The notes beneath the pieces are model-generated. The model did not search any database and was not told the origin of the DNA. It was given only the letters and a program-made list of their open reading frames with translations. A stretch of DNA of 64,000 nt. Source: Raillietiella orientalis (taxonomy: Eukaryota). Positions 35,501-48,287 of the stretch are shown here, piece by piece; position 1 is the first letter of the stretch, and every line of letters begins with the position of its first letter. The translations under genes and the position numbers were made by a program. The stretch covers positions 1,054,001-1,118,000 of the forward strand of contig JAYWIR010000046.1 of NCBI GenBank assembly GCA_036172245.1, written 5' to 3'.

Positions 35501-38500
35501 TGTAATGTGCAGTTGACAATTGAAGTAATTGAGTCTCCCGGATATGGTGGACATTCTCATAGGCACGATTGCTTAGTCTTTATTCCAGAGATTTCGAAAG
35601 ATGGAATCGAAATCATCTAACTACAAAAAAACTATTTAGAAGAGCTCCTGTCGCAATTTCTTTTCCATATCTAGTGATCCAACTTTCATTCCACAGTGTT
35701 TACCCATTTACTTTTTGCAAACATGAAGATATGTCAGATACCCAAATGCCTTCTTTGAGATGGATTTCTTTTTACAGATTAATTTTTTTGTAAGAAAAAA
35801 ATTCATCATAAAGAAAGACTGCAGAAAAGCGCATGCTATGAATCAAAAGCAAGTACTACCTAAATGATAGAATTTGCAGTATAAGTTTTCCTATGAATCT
35901 CCGTATGAGAGAGTTTTTTTTGCATTCTCGGATGACAGGTTTTTTGGAAAGAATGAAAAGAGGAAGAGATTTTTCGCTCCAACAGACCTTTTCCAAATCT
36001 ATTCTTACCTTTTGCAAATTAATTTTCTTTAGACAGACTGTGAAGCAAATGCAAATTGACTGATAGTCCAATGGCATTCTTTGAGTGCTCAGTGATTTCG
36101 TCAATGCATTCAAACAGCTTTGACAATTCCTGGTTCTTCTTTGAAATTATGATTCTTCCAAGAGTTAATGTTTGGGGATGGGTTTGGGCGATGTTCTGAT
36201 GATACCAGCGACACTTTTCCAATCTCCCCCCAATACATGAGGCTGAAACTCCGGACATCTTGCAGCCTTCAAGGAAAACAACTTTTTCTTTCCTGAAATT
36301 AATCTGCTCATTTTTTGCGAATTTCAAATTTGCATCATTTTTTTTTTTCGTCACCAGAATGGATCCTGAATATACTCTTCTTAACGTGCTTTTCTGCTAA
36401 GACCACAACTTCATGAAACTTTTTCCTCTTTAGTTTGTAAGCCTCAATGCATGAGAATGAAAGTTGAATGAGTTTGTTCGAGAAACCTGCTAAACGAATT
36501 TCGACTAGTTTAAAACTAGTCTTGCACTGTATTGTAATCTGAATGCAATGTGAATCCGAAATCTGAATATAATATCTTTCATTATAACTTTGTTGATGCA
36601 ATATGTCAAAATGAATTTTTATGTCAAAGAACCTACAGTACTCCTGGAAGTTTTTATGTACGCTGACATAGCAAATAAAAGCAAAAATAGCGATCTCAAA
36701 TGTATAATTGAGTGATATATTTCGATAAACAATGATATTTCAGGATAACCTCTAGAGAACAATCACATTATTAACCACTACCTACCAATTCGCACAAAGC
36801 CTTTACATTATTATAGTCATGTCAACTGCTTGTAACAATCTAGTAACATTCTTGATAGAGTTTTTCGAACTTCACTTCATTCTCTAGTTTCTACAAAGTT
36901 AGACGACAGGATGCTTCTTTTTTATTCATCGAATATAACTTAACTTTATTCAGTTAATACTGCCCCAGTATCCTCATATTAAACAGTATTTGGCTTTTGA
37001 AACATTCAATATTCTGGACACATAAATACAGCAGTTGTATTCTTTTGCATTCTGAGGTATGAGCTCAAAGATAAAATTAAAAAAGTAGCCATTATGTGAA
37101 TTGATCCTTTGAGTTGATGAACTCAGTTTTTCCTCTTTAGTTTCATGAAGCGAACAAATGTTGAGATCAAAGAGGTCCTTTCTTTGACACAATTTGATTA
37201 AAGTCGCGAAAGTAGTAAGGAAAATAGACAGTTCTTCTCATTTCAAAATCTGAAACAATCATTTCATTTTATTTATAACTTTATTCAATCATTATCTTTT
37301 CTGTTTCCCTGGTACAAGGCATTTAAGATCGATGTAGGAAACTCAGGGGAATAACAGAAGTGATGTATGTTTTTCTATTAATCATGTAGCTGTTTACTGC
37401 TATTTTAACATTATTTTCATTGTGACACATGATGATCATGATACAATAATCCAATAATCCTTCCTTCCCCCCAAATAATGTTTTTCTTGATTGTTTGACT
37501 TTTTTCATGATCAAGATTTATACATAATACTGTTATCTAAGATTTTGTGGTAACCATGGTTTCATAATGTCCGATACACATAGTCTAGTAGTCCCTTTCA
37601 CGGTCATACTTGGGTCTTGGGGCTTGGCGTCATTCATAACGTCAACACTAAAAAAATCCATTTGTCATTTTGCTATGTAATCATGATTATGGGTCTGTTT
37701 TTTACTCCCAATTCCCAGAATACTTCCACATAAAAAGTTCATTTTTGTCGTTCATTTTTTCTGGAAGTATTCTATCAACTTAATGCAATTTACGTTCTAA
37801 GCTTTGTAGCATGCAACTAAATTGCTCGATATCACAGTCATCTCTCAGCTGCCATCTGCATGTTTCATGGGGAACCTTGGGAAAAGCTGCGCTTGATTCA
37901 TTTTGAGACCATCCCAGAATCAGAAATCCATTCGACAGAAACATTATTCTCCAATATGCTGTTCTCAAAAACTCCAGTGGATTGCATCGGCAAAACTTGA
38001 ACAGAGTTTTTTTCCTCATTGTCTGTTCATTCTGTTTTTTCAAGATGTGTTTTTCCTGTCTTCAGGTTTTCTATTTTAATAGTCTTATTAGCTATTAATC
38101 TAATCAATTCTTTTTTCTTCCACATTTGCTTCTCCGTTAGGCTGCTGAGTAAACATCTTACAGATGAAAAATAATAGCTGTTGTGTTTGCTTTCCAAACG
38201 TGATTATTCTAAAATCTGTACTTCCTTATGTAAGGATGGTTGCGCTCTGTTAGGCAAGCATAAATTCTTGAATAAACCACAAACAGCCAGCGTTGTAAGG
38301 TTTCGTCAAGTTCGTGCCTTAGTAGTTCGTGCCCAGTCTTAGTGTAGATAAAATAGGATAAAATAGGAATGTTACAGTATTTCATGATGCTGTTTATTCG
38401 TATCTGAAAATATGGTTGTTAATCTATTTCCGTCTGAAATTCAGTTTAAAATAAATGCTAGAATTCCAGGATTGAAGACCTGACTTGTTATTTTTGGGGA

Positions 38501-38967
38501 GAACATCTTATAGGTTATTCGGAATCCTGAGGGTATTTAGACTCCTTACTCAAAGAGTCAACATATCCTAATACGTTGATTCAATGAATTTTTTTATTTT
38601 GAAACTAATGATGAAACCAATCTCATTAGATACCTGCGAGGTATCGTCCTATTTGAGCGAGTCATAATAACATTGAGTGAGCTTGATTATTAACATTAGC
38701 TCTTGAATTTATTTATCACACAGTTAACGAATAAATTGCTTATGCTACTGATGTCTGTGCATTTGTAAAGAACACAGATTGTTATTGGTTTTCAACGTAA
38801 TTGGAAAGTTTCACAAACTAGTTGCAACGTAGCAGTGAAGGATAAGCGTTGGAGCAAATAATTATGTTTCCTAGGTTGTGGTCGACGTTTTCCGTGCAAG
38901 AGTTGCTTCAGCCATGGATAAATAATTGAAATGTTAATGAGAAAAGCTTTCGAGCCTCGTTGAAGGC

Positions 38968-39369
38968 TTTCTTTTTCCCACTCGGGTGCGCCAGGGCGTT
39001 TATTACTAAACTATCCGGGAACGGAGTTCCGGACACAGAAAAACGAAGGGGGGGATACCCGACACGCAGGTCGGTAAACCGAAAGTCCGGAACGGGAGGG
39101 AGGGGACAACAAATATACATATAAAAAATAGAAATAAAGATATGGGGAGGGTAGGGGACAAGGGTCTTTGGTTTGGGACGTTCCTTCAGAACCGGCTATG
39201 GATGCCGGTGATCTCGCTCCTAACGTCCTCTGGAAGATGGGTCCACTCGGCAGCCGACGCCATGTTCACGCCGGCTATTCCGGTGGCCTGACGGCGAATC
39301 GCCTGCCTCTCCAGCTCTCGGTGGGCCCTGTCGATGGCGCAGGTGCAACAGACCGTTGCGATGACAGCA
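38968..39369 (-). mobile_element. 3' fragment of the L1/Tx1-type LINE family also found at 54749-57835
   Basis: The last 60 codons match the larger copy at 43/60 aa by hand alignment. The 3' UTR is homologous through AATAAA-cgccctggcgcacccgagtg and ends in a short A-rich tail. Confidence 0.9.
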
Positions 39370-39543
39370 ATTGCCACAACTCGTTGAAGACTTTTGTGAG
39401 AGAAGAGAGTCAATGATGAGGTTTCAAGAAAACTTTTGAGGATCGTGTTTGCGAGCAGATACACGGCGTCTTCAAGCAGCGTGCAGCTATTTGCAGGGCT
39501 GTTTGCATGTAGGATTTTGTTTATCAGCTCTTCAAAAGGGCTG

Positions 39544-39616
39544 CGCCCGGACGGGGGCTCGAACCCCGGACCGTTAGGTTAAAAGCCTAACGCTCTACCG
39601 ACTGAGCTATCCGGGC
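39544..39616 (-). tRNA. tRNA-Lys (anticodon TTT)
   Basis: GCCCGGATAGCTCAGTCGGTAGAGCGTTAGGCTTTTAACCTAACGGTCCGGGGTTCGAGCCCCCGTCCGGGCG, 73 nt. All four stems pair, A and B boxes are intact, and TTTT follows 6 nt downstream. Confidence 0.96.
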
Positions 39617-39866
39617 TTCTTTAGGAACCTGGGGATATGTGCCTAAATAGAAAAGATATATATCGGTAGACAGCTCTGTGGAAATTGCTGTTTCAAGTCA
39701 AGTTATGATTTTCCAAACACAATATTGTTCGAAAAGGGGAATTATTTACCCAATTTGTGAAGTTCTTCATGCAGGACTCATCTGCTTGATTTAAGGCCGT
39801 AAATTTTCCTTTTATCTATTACCCCAATCGGTGTATATTTGTGTAAAGCAAAGGCCCTGCTCCAAG

Positions 39867-40657
39867 ATGGCAAAAAGTAAATATGAATACGTTAAAGAGT
39901 TTGAAATGGATGATAGATGTCTCATGAATTGCTGGATTGTAGTTAGAATTGATGGTCGCAGCTTTCATAAGTTTTCTGTCACCCATAAATTTATGAAACC
40001 TAATGATGAGAATGCTTTGAAGCTAATGAATCATGCAGCGCAAGAAGTTATGAATGGATTTACTGATATTTTATTATCATATGGCCAAAGTGACGAATTC
40101 AGTTTTGTTTTTAATAAAGATAGCATTACGTACAATCGCAGGGCAGCAAAGTTAATGACTAGTGTATGTAGTTTATTTACCTCAGCATATGTATTTCATT
40201 GGCAGACATACTTCCCGGATGCACAAATGATTTATCCACCCAGTTTTGATGGCCGTATCATTCTATACCCTAATATTTCCAATCTTAGAGATTATCTTTC
40301 CTGGAGGCAAGCAGATTGTCACATCAATAACTTATATAATACAACATTTTGGGCACTTGTTCATGGTGGGCTTACACCTCAGAAGGTAGCTAATACAGAT
40401 ATTAATGCATTTTTTTCATGAGATTTCAGGCTGAAGAAAGGTTACAAAAAACACAGTCATCTGATAAGAATGAGATATTATTTTCTCAGTTTGGTATTAA
40501 TTATAATAATGAAGCTGATATCTATAAGAAAGGCACTGTGTTAATCAGAAATCCTCTTTCTGCTGCAAATAATACAGTTGCCAGAGTTATTGAGACACTG
40601 CATTGTGACATTATAAAAGATAATTTTTGGAAAGAACGTTTTCCCAAATTCATATGA
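39867..40657 (+). CDS. THG1: tRNA(His) guanylyltransferase, 248 aa
   Basis: Exons 39867-40385 and 40430-40657 (44-nt intron). [69 protein letters not shown]. Confidence 0.97.
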
Positions 40658-40747
40658 AAACGCACCAATAAATAAAAAATTGTGCATTATCTCATCAGAA
40701 TATTTATTCATGGAATGCTTATACAACTAATACTAAGAAAAGACTAT

Positions 40748-42023
40748 TCAAAAAATTGGAATGTAATTATCAATTTTTGCTCGATGTCGCTGAGCTACAC
40801 ATTCACTGATCCAGACTATGTTTCGGCATTCTTGCTCTTTAAGTTTGACCATGGCATAGAAAATTCCAAAATGAAACTGCTGCATGAAAGCATTCTTATT
40901 AAGTGCTACCTATGATTGCAGTGGTAATAATTAATATTAAAAACTATACAAACAACCTCTTGCTCAAAAAATTTATCTTCCAGGGTTTTCTCTCCTGGAT
41001 TATTGCTGGCTCCTTCAAATAACTGCCGATACTCTGGATAGCATTCAGCTACAGCCCTCACTTGATCATAATCATTAGCTTGTGCTAGATTAGTCAATCC
41101 ATCAGGATATAATTTGCCACAACGGGGATACAGCTTGGCACGATCATCTTTGGTTAATTCAGTGCCAAATGAGTTAATGGTAATGATAAAAGCACGACGA
41201 TCTGCCTCAAACTAGCTCTTCATTAAAAAAACAGTGTTCAAGTGACTCACAGCAAGAATGTCACACATAACACTTGCTGCTCTCTGTTTCTCACAGTATT
41301 CATAAAATGCCTCCAGATATGCCTTGTATAAAGTGTTGCGAATAATTTCAATATTCATTTCATCCAAATCCTGTTCTGAAATGCAATCCACAAAAAATGG
41401 GGCTGAATCAAAGAACATAAATAACCAGGTTAACTTATTAGTTCTAATTTACCAAGAGGAGTGTCCACCAAGACGGCATTATACAATTCAGCAGGAGTGG
41501 ATGCAACATGGATTGCTTCCATTTGCTCAAAACTTCCCAAAGGATGACACTTGGGAATGAGCTCTGAAATAAGCCGCTGATGCAAGGTACCAGTGATGAG
41601 CAGGATAATGTTGTCAATCATATAGCTATAACTGAAAGGACCAAATAATACACACAATGCAGCAACCCACGTAATGAAGTCCAGAAATGTAGCCAGACTT
41701 CCAACAGCATGATTCCTAAGGTGCTGAAATTCTTGCACCAACTTCTCCCGGAGTTTGTCATCAATGGTAGCTACTTGCAATGGACTAGGTTCATTAGCTA
41801 AGAAGTTTCCATAATCAGTGCCTTGCAAATGTAATTTGAGGTCATCAAGAGTTTCGCACTGCACTAAATTAGCATAATCAGACTGGCGCAAGATGCCACA
41901 TCGAAAGCCCCTACACAGCCCCTCCAAGTAACCATTGTCTATGTTAAAGAGGAAATCCTGACAACAATAATCAAAATAGTTTATAGGCACTAGTGCATAG
42001 CCCCTATCACCCATGAACCCCAT
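40748..42023 (-). CDS. ATP6V0D1: V-type ATPase V0 subunit d (VhaAC39); 5' end uncertain
   Basis: Exons 41957-41671, 41631-41453, 41402-41251, 41211-40957, 40909-40748 encode 344 aa from [13 protein letters not shown] to [15 protein letters not shown]. The nearest in-frame ATGs (42023, 42014) overlap the last COG4 codons. Position 41958 is a good acceptor, so the true start may come from elsewhere. Confidence 0.95.
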
Positions 42024-45000
42024 CCAATTTGAGCAGATTAATATCTTCCATGTGAAAATCCTTTCTGAAACTTTCATGTGGTGATGATGGCAGGATGAGA
42101 TCACCTACCTCAAGCTTAATATTTGCTTCACTTGAGATGGAGTGAGGTATGAGCTAGACTGCTCATTAGCATTGTATTCTTTCATTTCAGCCAGACTATC
42201 TAAATTAAGCAGAGATGAAATCTGATGGAGACGTGCAAATTTATCACGAATGATCCATGTAGTCACAGTGGTAAGAAATGTAGTTATAGTACGCAGTTCC
42301 TTGTCAAAGTGAAGTCCACCTAGCTACACTGCAATTTACAGTGTTCTTTAAAGGAAAACTAACCCTATTGAAAGATGATTTGAAAACAGCTTTCTCCAAC
42401 TGAGAAGCTACTTCAGATATGATTTCATTGACTAGAACTCTGCTGTTGTTTGGAGTCAACAGAGGCTGAAAAGTCTTTAGCAGCTGATCCAGATTCTTAA
42501 TAAACTGTTGAGTAAATGGGTCACTAGCTTCATAAGCCAATAACTGTTCCTGGAAGAAAGCAGAATGATCAGGGGGCTCGAGACTTGATAGCTACCTCAG
42601 TTAAGTCATGGCTAACATAGACAAATGTGTCAATCCACTGGCGAATCCGAGGTTTGACAATGCTTGCTTTGAGTTGGCTTATGCCAAAATCAATTTCTTG
42701 CTGAAAGCAAATTGTGCAGGATAAGAATGTCTCCAAACATTGCTCTTGCTTTTCCAAATCTGTGCTACGAAGATTACTGCCAAATTGCATCTGTATTTCT
42801 TCGCGTAAAGCTTTTACTAAGGCTTGTGTGTACTCAATGCTAATTTCTGCATTGTTGAGATACATCTGGAAAACACATGTGAATGTAGCCAGGGCATAAT
42901 TGGCTTAGGTACCAGGTACAAGCCTTTGGTAACTTCTGCATCTGAAGATTGCAACTTTCCTTGCTGAAGTGATGACTGAATAGCATTATAAGCTTGTGTC
43001 AAATCAAGAAAGCCTGGAGACAAACTCTGTTTCAGTTGAGTGTGCAAAACTGATATGTATTCATCCTCCAATAGCCTATGAGCATTATTGATCATAGCAC
43101 AGATACCATCCACATTAGAGCTGGATAATGCTCTTCTGCTTGTGGACTCAGAAAGTTCAAAAGATACATTTGTTGTTTTTACCTGATGCATTTTTTGACA
43201 ATGAAAAACACATCATCCACCATGCTGGTAACTAGTCCTCCTTCTTCAGGTGTATCCATAGCTACAGCTTTGTGGACACTTTCTGTTAGGAAATATTGCT
43301 CCATGCTAATGTAGTGACCTAATAGCTCTTGCATTGCTGTACTTAAAGCACACTGCTTCAGTAACAGATCCAGTTCAGCTAACTGCTGTATTCGGTGCTG
43401 CTCTTCTGGGTATGCCACTTCGATGTCATTCTACAAAACATTCTTGTTTCTTTGAAGATTTGGGACTAACTGTAACACGTCGTCGAATGAATCTCAAATA
43501 CAATTCAGTGCGGGCATTTAGCAATGTAAGTTCACCCAACAAGATGTCTAGTTCACGGGGATCCAAGACTACTTTAGATACTCCTTCTGTTCTTGCCAAA
43601 GTGCGCTGCAACTGACTATAGAAATGCCTTTTTTTTTTGAACTCTGATAGTATGCTAATGGCTTGTTTATCACATTCATCTTGAAGCATTTTACAAAAAA
43701 ATAACATCTTCCCTAATCCTACACAAGTTTAATTAGAATACACAAGTGAAATTCTACCCACCATAATAAGTCTCTATCAGTGGCTGATGGATTTCTACAA
43801 TACGAGCAACACCTTCAAATAATAATGTCAAATTATCAGCAAAAATGACATTAGCTCGTTTTTCATCAGGCTTCACTGCAAGTGCTTCTTGCAAGTTACT
43901 AATAGAGGTTTCCTGAAGCTACATGCAGCTGTTGAAAACTTTCTTATTTGCTTTCTTACTTTGAAACATAAGTATGCCACAAATCTTTGCAAGCCTTCCT
44001 CATGTAACTGTAGACGTGGGAAAATTTTGAAGAACCGTTCTACTGAAGCCAGGTCATCTTTTCTGACAGCTTCTTCAAATTTAGTAGTAACAATATTTGT
44101 GAGCTGGCTATTAGCCTGATGCAAAAGAGCAAATGCTGAATCCAGTGTACCATCTATAAAAGTATATAAGTAAGCATGAAAATATCTGATACTTTGGAAA
44201 ATCCAGTCACAGATCAAGGTTCAGATTAATTTCAAACACATCATGCGGTGCATTCACATTAGAGAGATTTGCATCTAGACTTTGGCAAGGAAAAACTCAG
44301 CATAACAAGAATTCAAATCTAGAGACAAATAGTTATGAACATTAAGAAAAGTTATCGGTATTAACCACAACATAATCCCTAATTTGGCTTTAGGAACGAG
44401 GAACTTCAGATACTTTTAGGGGAATACAAGAAATAAAAAAAATATTAGGAATAAATTTTCTGCATGTTTACATACCTTCTTTAGAGCTTCTGGCAGTTGA
44501 TCTGACAGCTTTTTCATCCATTCGCAAAAATCGATATACATGTGCAGCTGCATGTTCATAATCTTCATTGTGCAAAGCTTCCTGAACACCTTCAGTACTT
44601 TTATGTAAATCAAGCAAATCATCCACACAGTGCACACAATCAAGGACACGCATCTATTAATAAGATCAACTCCATTAATAAAATACAGAGAAAAACATGA
44701 GGCAATGCCAAAAGTATGAATCAAAAGGCAATACTGAATTTTCAAGAATAATAAATACTTTCATTATATACAAAAAAATTCTGTCAGCATCAAACTTCTA
44801 ATTTAAACACTTAAAACAGCACATGAATTAATATTACAATTATCCCTAACGGAAAAACTTAATGCACCTTTACTGTGTCTAACTTTTGCATTTTACCACG
44901 AATTACTTCTGCTAAGGCAGCATTCACTGCTATTAATTCTTTCAGATGTAACATATTAGCCTGGAAATTATGTAGCAATGGCACAAGATCTTTCAAAGAT

Positions 45001-45184
45001 TCCAACTTTTGATCAATTAAATTTCGTGTTGACGAAAACTGTTGCAATTCATCTTTCAAGAGTGCCTGGAAAAACGAAAAGAAAAAAACTGTACACCATA
45101 TTATGCAATACAAACCCCTTCGATATGAAGTTCACGTAATTTATTTTCAATTCCATCCTCGTGTATCATTTCTTCATCCCTCAT
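42007..45184 (-). CDS. COG4: Conserved oligomeric Golgi complex subunit 4, about 745 aa
   Basis: 12 phase-consistent exons (2238 nt): 45184-45116, 45065-44868, 44653-44476, 44153-43960, 43912-43762, 43718-43471, 43430-43183, 43135-42913, 42865-42596, 42549-42364, 42323-42109, 42064-42007. Motifs [86 protein letters not shown]. Exon 1 is the least certain. Confidence 0.93.
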
Positions 45185-47369
45185 TTTGATAATTTTGCCA
45201 TGAACATGCAGAATATAATTCGAACCACTGTTAAATTTAATAAAACTTATTTTTCACATGATGATCAAATACTGGGACACAAGCACTTATTTTTCCTTTC
45301 AAACCTAGATTCTTATAAACAACCATACTCTGATTTGGATTCATAATGAAAAATTTCTTTGAAAATCCCATCCAAGCACATCGAACAAAAAGTTCCAATT
45401 AGACCATATGCAACTTCAGTTCTTATTTCTTTACACGTCGAAACTTGTTTCGATGGAAACTGCAACTTAAGTGCACGGATACTTGAGGGTGGTTTATTAA
45501 TCAGATCTCCACATCGTGCTGAAAACTTACATAAAATAATTTTTCTGAGAATATAACTATTATTTCAAAAACTAATATCAATAAGTGTATAACACGTATA
45601 CAAGATGCACTTCTAGATCAGACCCTTGTTTCAACTTCGCAAGCGCAGAATGTAATTATATGAAACCTTTAGATAAGAGGATTTTCTCCAAAACCCTATC
45701 ATGAAACCATATGCAATCTAAAACTGATATGGTATCAGGAATGGTATTGTAACCTTGAAACAGCAAAGTTTCCATTTATTATCACATTTACTGAATCTTT
45801 GCTTCTGATACATACTGGTTTGAGATAATTACCAAATTGCAACAAATCTGGCTACTACGAATTTCTGATTTGAAATGAATGTGATCGAATAATTCTTGTT
45901 CTTTTGAAACAGCAAAAAACACAGAAACCTACTAAAATACTTTAAAAAAACAGAGACTTTTAATGCCCCTACAGACGAAGACTTGATCTTTACTTTTGAG
46001 ACATTTCATCAAATATCTCGATATAAGACCAATTTCCGGAGGAATCAAATCGTTAGGAAATCGAGAGTAATGAGTTGATAACTAAGTCAACAGGAGCAAC
46101 AAATTTATCCAAAAAAATTGCACAGTTTCTCGCCATTGATTTAAGAAATGGCTGATTATATAGATAATTTTGATCACAGTGAGATCTAGCAAGGGAATGT
46201 AGCGGAGTTCATGTTTTGATATAGTAAAGCTCTCTCCATTGGAGAGATTGAAAACATTAATGCAGTGTTTATGGATGGGAAGAACTCTTGAGAACCGATC
46301 ATTCTTTAATAAATGAGGAGTACATTACGGAGATTGAAACAGATGAACTGGTGAAGTCTCGTTAATTTCTGAAAAAATGGATGCCATACTAAATCTAGCA
46401 TTAGTGCTAAATGAAACATAAATATCTGAAAAAAGAGAAGCGAAAAGAAAAGTCTACTTTCCAAGATTTTAGCCGACGAATTCTGTAAAGGTAAGTTCGA
46501 AGTCCATCTAAGCAGCAAAAACTTCAATAACTTGCACATGTGGTCATTGTTTCAGTGAGATCATAATGAAGCATATGATAATATGCTTGCAGAAATTTAC
46601 AATTCTCTTTCCAACAACTAATTGCTTAAAAAATCCACCACAAACACAAATTTACTTTCCACAGTCTATCGTCTATTGATAGTTTCAATTTGAATTCCCA
46701 ATACTGAGCCAACTACACTCATAGGCTTCTTACTTTCAGTTCTTTCGGTATTTTAAGTAGTGTCATTTAAAATGTATATTTCATTCTCTATATAAAGCTT
46801 TTTGCTTTTATATTTTTCAATACATTTAATACATTTCTTAAAATAATGTTTCACTTGAAAAGTCTTAGCATTAGTGATTAATTACATGTATAGAATATAA
46901 GCAAACCATTATTAGAATTTTAGTTTCGTAAAAAATGCTAATAAAAAAGACATTCATTGAAGCATGGGTATGAGTCATATTGGAATCGGATTCATCGGTA
47001 TTTCTTGCATGAAAACCTGATATCGTAGAAGCCAATGAAAATGTCTAATTCTGATTAATGCTACAATATGCTCAAGGTTCTAGCATAAGTTCCAGTTGGC
47101 ATATGAAATAACTTTAATAATTAATTCATAAAGATCCCAGACATTGCTTTGTAAGAGCAAAGGCTTGATCATTTGTTGTAAATTTTATGTGTTTATTTTG
47201 TAATTATTTTTTAATAGGTTTTATAGGTTTTATAAGTTTTTGGTTTGATTTCGCTCTGTAGTTTGCACATCTTATGAAAAGGGAACACTTTACCAATAAT
47301 TTTCAAGTAAATACACTTTTCAAACAAGTTATTAAAATCAGTCTACAGATTGACACTCGTTAAAGATCA

Positions 47370-47426
47370 ATCAAGTGGTTTACAAACCACTTGATCTGAA
47401 TAATTTATCTTCAGATAAATTATTCA
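47370..47426. repeat. Two abutting perfect inverted repeats (12 bp and 14 bp, each with a 2-nt spacer)
   Basis: ATCAAGTGGTTT ac AAACCACTTGAT c TGAATAATTTATCT tc AGATAAATTATTCA. Confidence 0.9.
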
Positions 47427-48287
47427 ATCATTGAATAAGTAAAGTTCTAATGCTTTTTTGTTCCTAAAAAGAGACATTATTAACATAAATGCATGTATTT
47501 ATGATAAAAATTTTTCTCCATCTCTCAAAGTATTGACGCTTATAATAAACAGTAATTTTGTTTTTTTATAATTTTCTAATTTGACTGCTATTTTTATGTA
47601 ATCATCTCTTGCCTGTTATAAAAATCACTATCTCTCAACCATGAGTAAGAATGCATAAGAATTTTTTTTTTCGCTATGATATTAATTTTCAATACATAAA
47701 ATTATGATCTTGAAATGTATCAAAACATATCTAATGAAGTTTATTTATTTAAGTTGATCTTAATTTCATTTTTAAAATATTTTCAAATGATTGTACTCAA
47801 ACAAATGCTAGAGATTATTTATGTGTTAATGCCTAAGTCAAGCAATAACATCAGATGTTTTGAGGGTTTCAATTAAAAACATATATAAATTTTGCATGAG
47901 AATAAATTCCCAAATTTATACTCATGATAGAGCTGTATTTTTTATTCTGATGTTTTCTATTTCTTTCAAATAGTCCTAATGTGGTGGGGAAATAAGAAAA
48001 TATGCATACTATAAAGTTTCGAAAACATTGTGTAATGTGGTTGGATACGAAATATCAACCTTGATATACAGGAAAGTCTACATTATCCACTTACAGTTTC
48101 ATTTTTTTCCAATTTTATACTCAGTTTTTGAGAGTTTCATACAATTGTGCATTACTAGCATGTGAAAAACTATTAAACAATGTAACATTGAGACATTGGT
48201 ACTCATGGGGATGTAGCGTAATTTTGTTTTAGGAGAAGTCGTGGATTTGAATGTTGTTGCTTCTAATACTGAAGGAGAGTAGCGAAG

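Noticed and set aside
41939..42010. 72-nt intron giving MGFM/DNGYLEG as the V0d start
   Set aside because: In frame, but it would delete the conserved FLFNI residues, so it is disfavoured.
42024..42104. His-rich N-terminus [11 protein letters not shown] of ORF 41430-42104
   Set aside because: Read-through of the last COG4 intron and exon in another frame.
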